NCBI GenBank assembly: GCA_951406725.2
Contig: OX597827.1
Location: 77,748,001 to 77,812,000 of the forward strand
Reading direction: 5' to 3'
Source: Octopus vulgaris
Lineage: Eukaryota
Length of the DNA stretch: 64,000 nucleotides
The notes under the pieces are model-generated. The model was not told where the DNA came from. It saw only the letters and a program-made list of their open reading frames with translations, and made no database searches. The translations under genes and the position numbers were made by a program. Positions 14,721 through 26,965 of this stretch are shown in pieces. Within the stretch, counting starts at the first letter, position 1. Each line of letters opens with the position of its first letter.

Positions 14721-15582
14721 TCTCCATCAGTCACCTCCCAACCCTATAACACAACCTACACACCACATATTCTACATCAGTCATCACCCTGTATTATGTC
14801 CCAACCAATGCAACAGATTGTACTCCTTAGTGTTCTTGTATGGCTTGCCAAGCTGTATTATGTCATGTCCGTGTTTCATGGCCTGGAGGTCAACAGTAAG
14901 ACTATCTCCTTCATTAATTTTAACCCTTATATACCCCTGGTTGCGTTTTCGCAACGCAAAACCTTCTCCTAGTTGTTTGGACATGAACTCACTGGGAAAC
15001 ATCTGACCGAGCCTCCGAAATGTTCAGTAGTCGACACCCATAGCTAACAGTTGCATCCTGTCCCTCACTTCCACATTGCAAATGCTTACCATAACATTTA
15101 ATCTAAATACAGTGAAATTTTAAGAATTAATTTTTTAATGGAAATTTAGGGTTTAGAGTGGCTGCTGGTGCCATGTTAAAAGCCCATCACAACAGAATTG
15201 ATATCTGAAAACTGAGGTGCCATGTAAAAAGCACTGATGCTGGTACCACATAAAAAGCACCCAATGCACTCTGTCAAATGGTTGGCATCAGGAAGGGCTT
15301 CCAGCTGCAGAACACAATGGAACCTGGTGTGGGTCCTGGCCTTGCCAGCTCATACCAAACCATCCTACCCATACCAGCATGGAAAATGGACATTAAATGA
15401 TAGTGATGATGATGATAATGATGGTGGTTTGTCGTGACCCCAAAATAAAACCTGTCGAAGGGCAGAAGGGATTTTCACAGAGAAGCCCGTCCCTGGCGAG
15501 GAAACAGCAAAGGTTGCCAATTATCTCTTACATATTAAAACACCATTTCTTTATCTGTACCAACCAATGGTTCTGTTGGGCT

Positions 15583-15808
15583 AGAAGGCGGCAAGCTGGC
15601 AGAATCGTTAGCACACCAGGTGAAATGCTTAGTGGTATTTCGTCTGCCGTTACGTTCTGAGTTCAAATTCCACCGAGGTCGACTTTGCCTTTCATCCTTT
15701 CGGGGTCGATTAAATAAGTAACAGTTACACACTGGGGTCGATATAATCCGTTTGTCTGTCCTTGTTTGTCCTCTCTGTGCTTAGCCCCTTGTGGGTAGTA
15801 AAGAAACA
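15583..15808 (+). mobile_element. SINE family B
   Basis: 14-bp TSD GGTTCTGTTGGGCT at 15569-15582 and 15809-15822. Confidence 0.9.
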
Positions 15809-16417
15809 GGTTCTGTTGGGCTCTAGGTTTTGGGTAGATGAACAATGCCATAGCCTTGTGTCCAGCTGTGTATGGCTGTGAAGCTGTTACAATTCTCCAT
15901 CTTGTCACTCCTATACGATTGTGAAGCTGTGCAGTGTCATAAAACTCTTCCACCGCTCCCATGTAGTTGTGAAATTGTTACAATTCTTTATGTTGTCACT
16001 CCTTCATAACTGGAGCTCTGCTTCAGTGTCATAAAACTCCTCTTCACTTTCATATAACTATGAAACGGTATAATGCCATAATTCCACAGAAGCTGGATCT
16101 AAAGGACCATGGCCTTTGCAGTACCTCAGAGACCAGTGAGATTGATGTCGTTAATGTTGCATACGAAATTTTGAAATCCAACAAATACGGGGAAAGACGT
16201 AAGCCATTACGGTAACAATATAAAAAGGCAGAAAGAGGAGACGGTGCATCTGTTGCGGAGTAGAGGCTGGAGGGTGCTTTTGAGGGACTCAACAAATCCA
16301 GTCGTCTTTTCTGTATGATGGAAACTCTTTGTCTTCCTCATCTTTGTTATTCTTCCAGAACTGTGAAACTAATGCCATTCAATGCTGTCTTCAGACTCCC
16401 TGCTTTTCCATCCAATC

Positions 16418-16812
16418 TTTATTTCTTTATTACCCACAAGGGGCTAAACACAGAGAGGACAAGCAAGGACAGACAAACGGATTAAGTCGATTATATCGAC
16501 CCCAGTGCGTAACTGGTACTTATTTAATCGACCCCGAAAGGATGAAAGGTAAAGTCGACCTTGGCAGAATTTGAACTCAGAATGTAAAAACAGACGAAAT
16601 ACCTATTTCTTTACTACCCACAAGAGGCTAAACACAGAGGTGACAAAATGGATCAAGTCAATTATATTGACCCCAGTGCGTAACTGTTACTTATTTAATC
16701 GACCCCGAAAGGATGAAAGGCAAAGTCGACCTCAGCAGAATTTGAACTCAGAACGTAGCGGCAGACAAAATGCTGCTAAACATTTCGCCCGGCGTGCTAA
16801 CGTTTCAGCGAG
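16418..16812 (-). mobile_element. SINE family B, tandem dimer
   Basis: Two head-to-tail units joined at GTAAAGAAATAG|GTATTTCGTCTG. Confidence 0.85.
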
Positions 16813-17516
16813 CTCTAGTGCTTCTGTGTAGTTGCTCAACCTGCTAAATATAGCAGTCAAAATACTCCCCTACAAACTCCCTTTCATTTTTAAAATGGTT
16901 GACAGACCACATTGAGTAATGCAGGGTGCTGTTTGTATGTAGTTATTTCATTTATTTTTCTTTTCAATCAAATATTTCTCCACAAACTCTGTTATCTTTA
17001 AAATAGGGGACCTCATTAACGAAGGAGGCAGTTTTTTTCAAAGACATTTCATGTGTTCAGTATTGTTGCAAATCATTTTGTGTACCATCTACATGCACTC
17101 CCAGTCGTTTGAGTACCTTACAAGCACTCCCTACTCTCAGGGTACCATACACACACCCACCCTACTGTCGAGATATCATACATACACTTGCTACTGCATA
17201 TAAACTGGGTACCATACACATATGCACTCCTTACCATCTGGGTACCTACCATCTGGTAAAATGTGAGTTAATTTCACAATCTTTGGTAGAATCTCTCTCT
17301 ATCTATCTCTCACTCTCCCTCCTCTCTCTCTCTCTCTCTCTCTCAGCAAATATCTAATCCAGAGACTTGAGTGCTCCAACATGGCCACAGTCTAATAACA
17401 AATGAGAAAAAATAAAGTGAGTACAACTTCCTAACCACTAGGCGATACACTTTCACTTTATTAACTAACCCCTCCCCTCAAAATTACTGGCTTTGCTCCT
17501 GAATTATAAACAAACA

Positions 17517-17898
17517 GGCATGGCTGTGTGGTAAGAAGCTTGCTTCCCAACCACATGGTTCTGGGTTCAGTCCCATTGTGTGGCACCTTGGGCAAGTGTC
17601 TTCTACTATAGCTTCGAGCATACCAAAGCTTTGTGAGTGGATCTGTTGGACGGAAACTGTGTGTGTGTATCGATTTGTGTCTGTGTCTGCCACCCCCCAT
17701 CATCACTTGACAACTGGTGTTGGTGTGTTTACATCCCCATAACCTAGCAGCTCAGCAAAAGCCACTGATAGAATAAGTACTAGGACTTAAAAATATGTCC
17801 CGTGGTGGATTTGTTCAACTAAAACCCTTCAATGCAGTGCTCCAGCGTGGCCGCAGTCAAATGACTGGGACAAGTAAAAGAACAAAAGAGTAAGAGAA
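17517..17898 (+). mobile_element. SINE family A
   Basis: Head, core and tail match. Confidence 0.85.
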
Positions 17899-17977
17899 TT
17901 ACTTAATTGGTTGCCGTGACGATGTTAGCCATGACCGTTAGCAGTGTCGTCCCAGATTCTGTACAAGGACATTGTTA

Positions 17978-18378
17978 AAAGGTGACCTGGTAGAAATGTT
18001 AGCACACCGGGTGAAATGCTTTGTGGTATTTCGTCTGTCGTTACGTTCTGAGTTCAAATTCTGCCGAGGTCGACTTTGCCTTTCATTCTTTCAGGGTCGA
18101 TTAAATAAGTACCAGTTGCACACTGGGGTCAATAAAATCGACTTAATCCGTTTGTCTGTCTTTGTTTGTGCTCTCTGTGTTTAGCCCCTTGTGGTTAGTA
18201 AAGAAATAGGTATTTCGTCTGCCGTTACGTTCTGAGTTCAAATTCCATCAAGGTTGACTTTGCCTTTCATCCTTTCGCGGTCAATAAATTAAGTACCAGT
18301 TGCATACTGGGATTGATCTAATTGACTGGACCCTCCCCCCAAATTTCGGACCTTGTGCCTAGAATGGAAAAGGAGATT
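17978..18378 (+). mobile_element. SINE family B, tandem dimer with an alternative tail
   Basis: Same junction at ~18209; the second unit ends in a different tail. Confidence 0.85.
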
Positions 18379-18669
18379 GTTAATAGTCAGTTTGAAAAAA
18401 TGTAGAAAGACTATGAGAAGGGACAGAGTTCGAGTAGGGGTTGCAGTGGATGGGGTTGGGCAGTGTTTAGTGCAGGGGTGTGGAGAATAAACCACAGAAA
18501 GAATGAAGAGAGGAGAAAGGGCAAGTGAATATATTGTCAACATAAGATGTTAGTTAAGAGGAGCAGCAGCTGTTGTTGTAGAGTATAAGAGACAAGGAGT
18601 GGACACAGCATGTCTACAAGCCAGTGGTTGTGGGATTGGTAAGGGGATCTAGAAGAGACCAGGAGTAAA

Positions 18670-19145
18670 CATCATCATCATCATTGTTTAACGTCTGCTT
18701 TCCATGCTAGCATGGGTTGGACGATTTGACTGAGGATTGGCGAACCAGATGGCTGCACCAGGCTCCAATCTTGATCTGGCAGAGTTTCTACAGCTGGATG
18801 CCCTTCCTAATGCCAACCTCTCCAAGAGTGTAGTGGGTGCTTTTACGTACCACTGGCACGAGGCCCAGTCAGGCAGTATTGGCAACGGCCATGCTCAAAT
18901 AGTGTTTTTTACATGCCACCGGCACAGGAGTCAGTCCAGCGGCACTTGCAACGACCTCACTTGAATGTTTTTATTCACGTGCCACCAGCACAAGTGCCAG
19001 TAAGGCGACGCTGGTAACAATCACAAGAATGGTGCTTTTTACGTGCCTCAGGCACGGAAGCCAGTTAAGCTGCTCTGGCAAAGATCACACTTGGATGGTG
19101 CTCTTAGCGCTCCACTAGCACGGATGCCAGTCATTGAATTTGAAA
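18670..19145 (-). mobile_element. Family C element with ~5 internal repeat units
   Basis: GGTGCTTTTTACGTGCCAC units every ~55-65 bp. Confidence 0.82.
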
Positions 19146-19992
19146 CAGTATGTGTATTGACCAATGGTTGTAGCGTGTTAGTGAGGGAATCTAGATGGGA
19201 CCAGGATTAGACATAGCATGTCTATAAAACCAGTGGTTGTAGTGTATTGATGAGGGAACTAAGAACTTCTCATTTTTTTTTTCTTTCTTCTGAAGCAAAC
19301 CCATGCAGTTAGGGTTTCAATTCTAGATGACATACATTTCACATCAGTCACATGTCTTCGATAAATGTATGAACATCCCTTCTTTCTCTTCCATAAATAT
19401 GAGGCCTTGCCTTTTTTTCTGTGAAAATATCTTGTAGTTGTTGTTGTTGTTGTTGTTAAAAGGGTCACAGCAATGGCTAAGATTGTAAAGGGATACTGTT
19501 GTACCTGGGTATCTTGTTAAATGGTTCACATAACATAGCGATCAGTCGTTATTGTCTGTTATCTCTTTAGGCTCGTTAAATTAATTACTAGACTCATATC
19601 GACACCGATACAACTGAACATATTTTTATCTTTTTGGTTCCAATTAGCCTCAGACCATTCCTGTTTCTGTGTTCCAGATTTCCTCTTTCCATGTGGTCTA
19701 AATTAAAGCTTTGTATCAAGGCTTCATGTTGTTTCCAAACACCAGTTGGATAAAAGTTCTTTGACTAAATTCTTTATTGTTGTCATAACTTGTTGAAACA
19801 AAAGCAGCATATTTCAACAGAAACAAGGTAACAAAAGGGCTAATTACACACCATACCTGTGTCTCTCTTTGATGTTGAGCAGGTGTGATTGGTATGCTGA
19901 AGTTATATACTGGTACACAGCAGCAGGTCAGCTTGACCGTACTGTTGTCTTGAATGACCTATAGGTTACAGAGAGATACTTGAAGCCAAGGA

Positions 19993-20362
19993 TCATCATC
20001 ATCATCGTTTAATGTCCGCTTTCCATGCTGGCATGGGTTGGAGGATTTGACTGAGGTCTGGCGAACCAGATGGCTGCACCAGACTCCAATCTTGATCTGG
20101 CAGAGTTTCTACAGCTGGATGCCCTTCCTAACGCCAACCACTCTGAGAGTGTAGTGGATGCTTTTACGTGCCACTGGCATGAGGGCCAATTAGGTGGTAC
20201 TGGCAACAGCCATGCTCAGATGGTGCTTTTTATGTGCCACCTGCACAGGAGCCAGTCTAGCGACACTGGCAACAACCTTGCTCAAATGTTTTGTTCACGT
20301 GCCACCAGCACAAGTGCTAGTAAGGCGACGCAGGTGACGATCACACTCGAATGGTGTTTTTA
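19993..20362 (-). mobile_element. Family C element
   Basis: Closely similar to 18670-19040. Confidence 0.82.
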
Positions 20363-20670
20363 AATTGTCACAAGCATCTGCCATCTGACCCATGAACACG
20401 CTATGTCTCCTCTCTCTCTTGTCCCCTACCACTACTGCAATGGCCTCTGTCCCTTGGGGCTGGCTGATTTCTTGCCCCCTTCTATTCAAGCAATCCTGAT
20501 CCATTCAGCTCTCTTATGTGACAATATATCACTTACGTTACTCTTCCATAGTTTCCACCTTAACTGATTCACTTCAGTTTCCTCCCCAGGATGATGGCTC
20601 TGTCTTATAATCTCTTTGCCAACTCCCTTTTGGTGCAGTTGTTGACATGCAACAGAAATGGTAAACTGTG

Positions 20671-20896
20671 AGGGCGGCGATCTGGCAGAAACGTTAGCCC
20701 ACCGGGCGAAATGCTTTGTGGTATTTCATCCACTGCTGCGTTCTGAGTTCAAATTCTGCCGAGGTCAACTTTGCCTTTCATCCTTTCGGTGTCGATAAAT
20801 TAAGTACCAGTTACACACTGGGGTTGATGTAATTGACTTAATCCATTTGTTTGTCCCCTCTATGAGCCCCTTGTGGGCAACAAAGAAATAAGAAAT
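20671..20896 (+). mobile_element. SINE family B
   Basis: 15-bp TSD AAATGGTAAACTGTG at 20656-20670 and 20897-20911. Confidence 0.9.
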
Positions 20897-21920
20897 AAAT
20901 GGTAAACTGTGTTGCACTCACTGGTCTGAGAGTAGGTGCAAAGGAAGGCCATGGGCCACACCCCACCAACCTTCCTGGAGACTAAACCAGACAATACGGC
21001 TGTTGTATGTATCCTTACAAACCACATAGGGTTAAGGAGCAGGACCTGCAAAGGGGCCAGTAGACAGAGAAATAAGAGGTAATTGTCTCTTCATCAGTGG
21101 TCTGTCGTTATTGTGAATGGAACCTGGGGCCACTTCAATACAAACTGTTCAGCCATTCTCATCGATCAGCTGGTCTGGTCGTGGGGCCATGTTGAACAGT
21201 GGTTGTTGCAGTTGTTGGGTGGCCCCATGTCGGTCCTGACCAAGTAGCCCTGCCAGAGATAGGGAAACAATTGAGCAACTAGGTATGACCTACATATCTT
21301 TCGTTCCACTTCTGCCACCCCTGGACCCTAGGAAAATGAGGAACAGACTGCCCACTTGACCCTGCAATGGTGGATCATTCAGAGTGCTGTGTAATATCGT
21401 CCGGTTATGTTTACATTTCTATCTGTCACACCTGTCGTTGTTTAACCCCAACTAAACAGACCTATGATCAAGGATATTCCAACTATGACCCCCACCCCTC
21501 AATATGCTATCAGGCATTGCGCACCTGGGATTACATTGTCTAACACGTCCTTCTCTTTCCAGGGTGGTCTAATAGCATTTCTTTACTCCCTCTTTATCAC
21601 CATCTGGAAACGAGCATAAAACAATGGTAACAGGGTGGATGATGGTGTACACACGCACACACACACATGTGCTTTGAGTTATGTCAGAGTTTTTTAAGGA
21701 TATAGGAATGGACTGTTTTACCAGATCCAGGTCAAAAAATTCTGGTAGAATGTATTGCCTCAAAGAAAACACTCCCTCTCCCCTCAAAATTAACATTCCC
21801 ATTCAGTGAGTTCCCTTCAAACCAATCCAGGGAAGCTTCAGGAGTGATAACCACTACCTGCAATTGTACCCTCGTCATTGTTCAACATCCACTTGCCATC
21901 CTGGCATGAAATATAGATAC

Positions 21921-22305
21921 AGGCATAAAGCATGGCCAGGTGGTAAGAAGTTTGCTTCCTGACTGCATGGTTCCAGGTTCAGTCCTACTGCATGGCATCT
22001 TTGCCAAGTGTCTTCTACTCTTGGCCCAGATTGACCCAAAGCCTTGCGAGTAGCTTTGGATAAATAGAAACTAAAAGAAACCCGTCATGTACGTGTGTGT
22101 TTGTGTGTGTTTTCCCCTCCCTCTTGACAACCGGTGTTGACTTCTTTATATGTCCCTGTAACTTAGCAGTGCAGCAAAAGAGAATGATAAAATAAGTACC
22201 AGGCTGTAAAAAAATAAAATACCTGGTGTAAGTCATTCAATTAAAAATTCTTCCAGGCAGTGCCCCAGCATGGCCAAAACCCAGTGATTCACACGAGTAA
22301 AAGAT
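21921..22305 (+). mobile_element. SINE family A, diverged
   Basis: Degenerate head, core and tail match. Confidence 0.75.
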
Positions 22306-22306
22306 T

Positions 22307-22660
22307 ATTTACATTTGATGGATATTTGTCCTCATCTTGTTTGTTGTTAACATGTTTCAGCTGATATACCCCTCCAGCTTCTTCAGGTGTCTTGGGGAAA
22401 TTTTGAACCTGGGTTCTCATTCCTAAGGTATTTTTTGATGTTATTAATATTATTATTATTATTCAGGTCACTGCCTGGAATCGAACTCGGAATCTTGGGG
22501 TTAGTAGCCCGTGCTCTTAACCACTATGCCATTTGCCTGATGAAGGCTGGAGGGTATATCAGCTAAAACGCTGTGTTAGCAACAAACAAGATGAGGACAA
22601 AATATCCATCAAATGTAAATAATGTAAATAATTCCTCATTTCTTAAATATAGAACAATAT
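22307..22660. mobile_element. Penelope-like non-autonomous element: tRNA head + hammerhead-like terminal repeat, inverted arrangement
   Basis: Arms 22307-22388 and 22536-22622; A box (22531-22521) and B box (22488-22477) on the minus strand; CTGA(T/A)GA...(G/A)AAAC motifs. Confidence 0.7.
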
Positions 22661-23459
22661 TAAGTAGAAAATGTGAAAGGTACACAAAAGCAAATGTATG
22701 TCTGTTGCAAGTTCTAAACTCCAGTTTTACGCCCGAGTAACTGAAATTTCATGGAGACATAACTTTACAAGGAGAGGAAGTCATCAATTGTTGTACGGTT
22801 TGTGTCTGAAATTTGCTTTTTTAGCTCCAGACAGACAGAAAAACAAAATACCCAAGGTCGTTAGACATTTCCCATCCTGGCACTGCAATAAACATTGGAA
22901 AAATTTACTGATTAGAAAAATAATTGATTTAGAATAATTATGTAAATTAGTAGAGTGGTTTGAAAGAGGAAAAAGATTGCATAAAAGTTGAATTTAATTT
23001 TAGATTCAAAAAATGTGTTTTGTTATTTTTTTCTCCATTTTTAAGGAATTCATTCAGTCTGAACCACTGACGTTTTTTGGATGATGTTACGATTCCAGGT
23101 GAATCAATATCTTTGGACTGACCAAACATTTATCAGTGTCTTTTTTGGAAACAGTCCATATCTTTTGCTTTTCACTCGTTTCAGTCGTTAGACTGTGGCC
23201 ATGCTGGGGCACTGCCTTGAAGCATTTTTAGTTGAATGAATTGACCTCCCACACAAACCCTTTTTCATTTTTTGAGCCTGGTTTTTATTCTATCTGCCCC
23301 TTTTGCCAAACCAAAAAGTAACAGGGATGTAAACACACCAACACCAGTTGTCAAGTGGTGATGAGACACACACACACACACACACATCATCATCATCATT
23401 TAACATCCGCTTTTCATGCTAGCATGGGTTGAACGATTTGACTGAGGATTGGCTTCTGT

Positions 23460-23694
23460 GCTGGTGGCATGTTAAGAGCACCAACTAATCGTGGTCATTG
23501 CCAGCCTCACCTGGCCCCTGTGCTGGTGGCACGTAAAAAGCACCCACTACACTCTCAGAGTGGTTGGCGTTAGGAAGGGCATCCAGCTGTAGAAACACTG
23601 CCAGGTCAGACTGGAGCCTAGTGCAGCCTCCTGGCTGCCTGGACCCCAGTTGAACCGTCCAACCCATGCCAGCATGGAAAACGGACGTTAAACA

Positions 23695-23733
<39 letters not shown>
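23460..23733 (+). mobile_element. Family C element preceded by an inverted tail fragment (23386-23455)
   Basis: Tail with long (GAT)n; inverted copy immediately upstream. Confidence 0.78.
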
Positions 23734-23839
23734 GTATCCAATAATATTATTTGATTCCCTGTCAGAAGAATTTCTTAGAAGTGATATCTTACATGTTTTG
23801 TTTTTTTTCTACTGACACAATTTTTTAATAACTCATATT

Positions 23840-24158
23840 TTATTCATTTATTTCTTCGCCCTTTTCAAACCTAGCCATGGCTCATGGGCCCAGTTTCCCG
23901 GTTTCTGTGGCGTATATGTTCTCCCCAGCTGGACGGGACGCCAGTCCATTGCAGCGTTACTCAAGAAACAGGAAGAAAGAGGTAGAGAAAGTTGTGATGA
24001 AAGAGTACAACAGGGGTCGCCACCCCCCCTGCCGGAGCCTCGTAGAGCTTTAGGTGTTTTCCCTCTGTAAACACAAACAACGCCCAGTCTGGGAATCGAA
24101 ACTGCGATCCTCCAACTGCAAGTCCGCTGCCCTAACCACCGAGCCATTGCGCATCCAC
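23840..24158 (-). mobile_element. SINE family D head + tail type 1
   Basis: tRNA-like head; 13-bp TSD AATAACTC(A/C)TATT at 23827-23839 and 24159-24171. Confidence 0.85.
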
Positions 24159-24847
24159 AATAACTCCTATTAGCAAATGAAACATGTGTAATGGTGAATA
24201 AATAATACAAAAACGTTTTCCCCAATATTTTCAACTCTTGTGCATATCTCACATGAATATCAGATCCACCCATAGATTTGCAATACTGAAAAAACAAACA
24301 TGTCCAGTGTATTTATGGCCTCAGCTCTTATTTCTACATCTGAGTTCAGTAACCTTGCCTCTTCTCCACTTCTCATCTTTCTGACTTCCTCTTTCGTTCT
24401 GGTTTCTCTCTTATCTACTTGTTTGGGTGGTTCTCTTTTAAGTCTCTCGTTTCAATATCTGGGTCTAATTTAAACGTTCACAGCTTTCATCAATTTGCTT
24501 CCTCTTACGTTTCACTCCTTGCTCGTTTCTCATCCTGTTCACATTTTTGATACTTTCGCGGAATTCAAATTTTTGCTACCTGAGTGTAAATATTTAAAAA
24601 ATTATTCCTACACAAACTTCGTCATAGTTTCTATCTGCCAACCGATTCAATTCACAGGATGTTGGTCAGTCTAAAGACGTAACTAGAAGACCCTTGTTTA
24701 AGATACCATGCACTGGAATTGAACCTGAAAATATCATCATCATTTAACATCCGTTTTCCCTGCTGGCATGGGTTGGATGGTTTGACAGGAGCCAGCAATC
24801 TGGAAAACTGTACTGGGCTCCAATTGTCTACAATTGGATGCCCTTCC

Positions 24848-25084
24848 CTAAGGTGGCGAGCTGGCAGAAATGTTAGCATGGCGGACGAAATGCATAGACG
24901 TATTTCATCTGCCGTTATGTTCTGAGTTCAAATTCCGCCAAGGTCGACTTTGCCTTTTATCCTTTCGGGGTCGATAAATTAAGTACCAGTTACGCACTGG
25001 GGTTGATATAATCGACTTAATTTGTTTGTCTGTCCTTGTTTGTCCCCTCTATGTTTAGCCCCTTGTGGGTAGTAAAAAGAGATA
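24848..25084 (+). mobile_element. SINE family B nested in a family C element
   Basis: 16-bp TSD AATTGGATGCCCTTCC at 24832-24847 and 25085-25100. Confidence 0.9.
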
Positions 25085-25463
25085 AATTGGATGCCCTTCC
25101 TAACACCAACCACTTCACAGAGTGTACTGGGTGCGTTTTATATGGTACCAGTACCAGTGTTTTATATGTGGCACCAGCACAGGTGCTTTTTATGGGACTC
25201 CAGTTCCCCACAAACTCACAAGATAAGGACCTCAACTAAGAGAGGGAGTAGACCCGACAGATTGTGGCTGAAAAACAAATTTTCAAGCACACACATGCAC
25301 GCACACACACACATTTGTGAAAGTGTATGGCCTAGTGGTTAGGGTAATGCCCTCATGATTGAAAAGTTGTGGTTTCTATTCCAGGATTAGGCAGTGTTGT
25401 ACTCTTGAGCAAAACACTTCATCACATGTTGTTCTTTGTTTACTTCAATATCTGACCCATGGT

Positions 25464-25846
25464 GGAGGCGCAATGGCCCAGTGGCTAGGGCAGCGGACTC
25501 GCGGTCATAGGATTGCGGTTTCGATTCCCAGACCGGGCGTTGTGAGTGTTTATTGAGCGAAAACACCTAAAGCTCCACGAGGCTCCGGCAGGGTTGGTGG
25601 TGATCCCTGCTGTACTCTTTCACCACAACTTTCTCTCATTCTTACTTCCTGTTTCTGTTGTACCTGTATTTCAAAGGGCCGGCCTTGTCACTCTCTGTGT
25701 CACGCTGAATATCCCCGAGAACTACGTTAAGGGTACACGTGTCTGTGGAGTGCTCAGCCACTTACACGTTAATTTCACGAGCAGGCCGTTCCGTTGATTC
25801 GGATCAACCGGAACACTCATCGTCGTAACCGACGGAGTGCTTCCAC
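25464..25846 (+). mobile_element. SINE family D head + tail type 2, nested in an older tRNA-SINE (25318-25930)
   Basis: 14-bp TSD ATCTGACCCATGGT at 25450-25463 and 25847-25860. Confidence 0.9.
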
Positions 25847-26359
25847 ATCTGACCCATGGTACACCATGCACCTGTAATATCGATCCGATGGACAGAGTGA
25901 GCTCAGGTGCAGCACGAACCTTTGACCACTCTAACTCTGACCATTCGGTCAAATATAATGTTTATTTATTCACATTGTTTTTAATTAATCACACATTATC
26001 ATGTAGCTTCAAGATTTTGATGATGTGATTGTTTGTTTTTAGAATGACATTGTAGGGTAGGTGTGAGAGGCCCGATCTGGCTGGTTTGAACATAAGACAG
26101 GGAGAACATTTGGGACCACTAAGGGCTGGTTTAAATGCAAAAGGGTGAAACAAATTATCTGTGCTGATTGTTCTGCAAGAAATGGCTGAACTGTCCTTCC
26201 TGCATTTGAGAGACCACCATTTATATTTATACATACGCATGCACACACACACACATCATCTTACCAGACTGGCGAGAAAGGCCCCGTTTGGGGCTTTGAT
26301 ACTTGAAGAAGCACTGAATCCAAATCAAACTGTTTTGTGTAATACATATAACTCCCACT

Positions 26360-26781
26360 CATAGCTGTGGCCAGTGCCACCTGGTTGGCTTCCGTGCCAG
26401 TGACCCATAAAATGCACCAGCTGAATGTGGTCGGTGCCAGGTCCGCCTGACTGGCTCCCATGCCGGTGGCACATAAAAAGCACCAACTAAATGTAGTCAA
26501 TGCCAGTGCCTCCCGACTGGTCCTCGTGCTGGAGGCACATAAAAAGCACTACCAGAACATGATCAATGCCAGGCCCACCTAACTGGCTTCTGTGCCAGTG
26601 ACATGTAGAAGGGCACCCACTACACTCTCGGAGTGGTTGGCATTAGGAAGGGCATCCAGCTGTAGAAACTATGCCAGATCAGATTGGAGCCTGGTGCAGC
26701 CTCCATGGCTTTCCAGACCTCAGTCAAACTGTCCAACCCATGCCAGCATGGAAAACGGACATTAAACGATGATGATGATGA
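26360..26781 (+). mobile_element. Family C element with internal repeats
   Basis: 4-5 units and tail. Confidence 0.8.
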
Positions 26782-26881
26782 ATGCCCTTTCTTTCGTTTG
26801 TCCACTCACCTGTGTGTATGTGTGTGTGTGTGTATAAAAGTGAGATGACAAAGGAATAAGTGATTATCTTGTGCACTTCAT

Positions 26882-26965
26882 TAGCCTACAGCTGTTTCTG
26901 CTATAAGATGCAGTAGACTCATAACTGAGTGCTTGAGTAACACCTTATAGCTTCATCAGAGCCTA
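26882..26965 (-). ncRNA. Type I hammerhead ribozyme-like motif
   Basis: UAGGCU-CUGAUGA-A-GCUAUAAG...CUUAUAGC-A-GAAA-CAGCUG-UA|GGCUA. Confidence 0.65.

Noticed and set aside
18830-19130. Regularly spaced repeats resembling a CRISPR array
   Set aside because: The spacers are homologous to each other, the repeats are degenerate and internal to a retroelement, there are no cas genes, and the context is eukaryotic
22465-22536. tRNA gene (and the tRNA-like heads at 25464, 43049 and 46002)
   Set aside because: No proper acceptor stem or Pol III terminator; each continues into a repeat body
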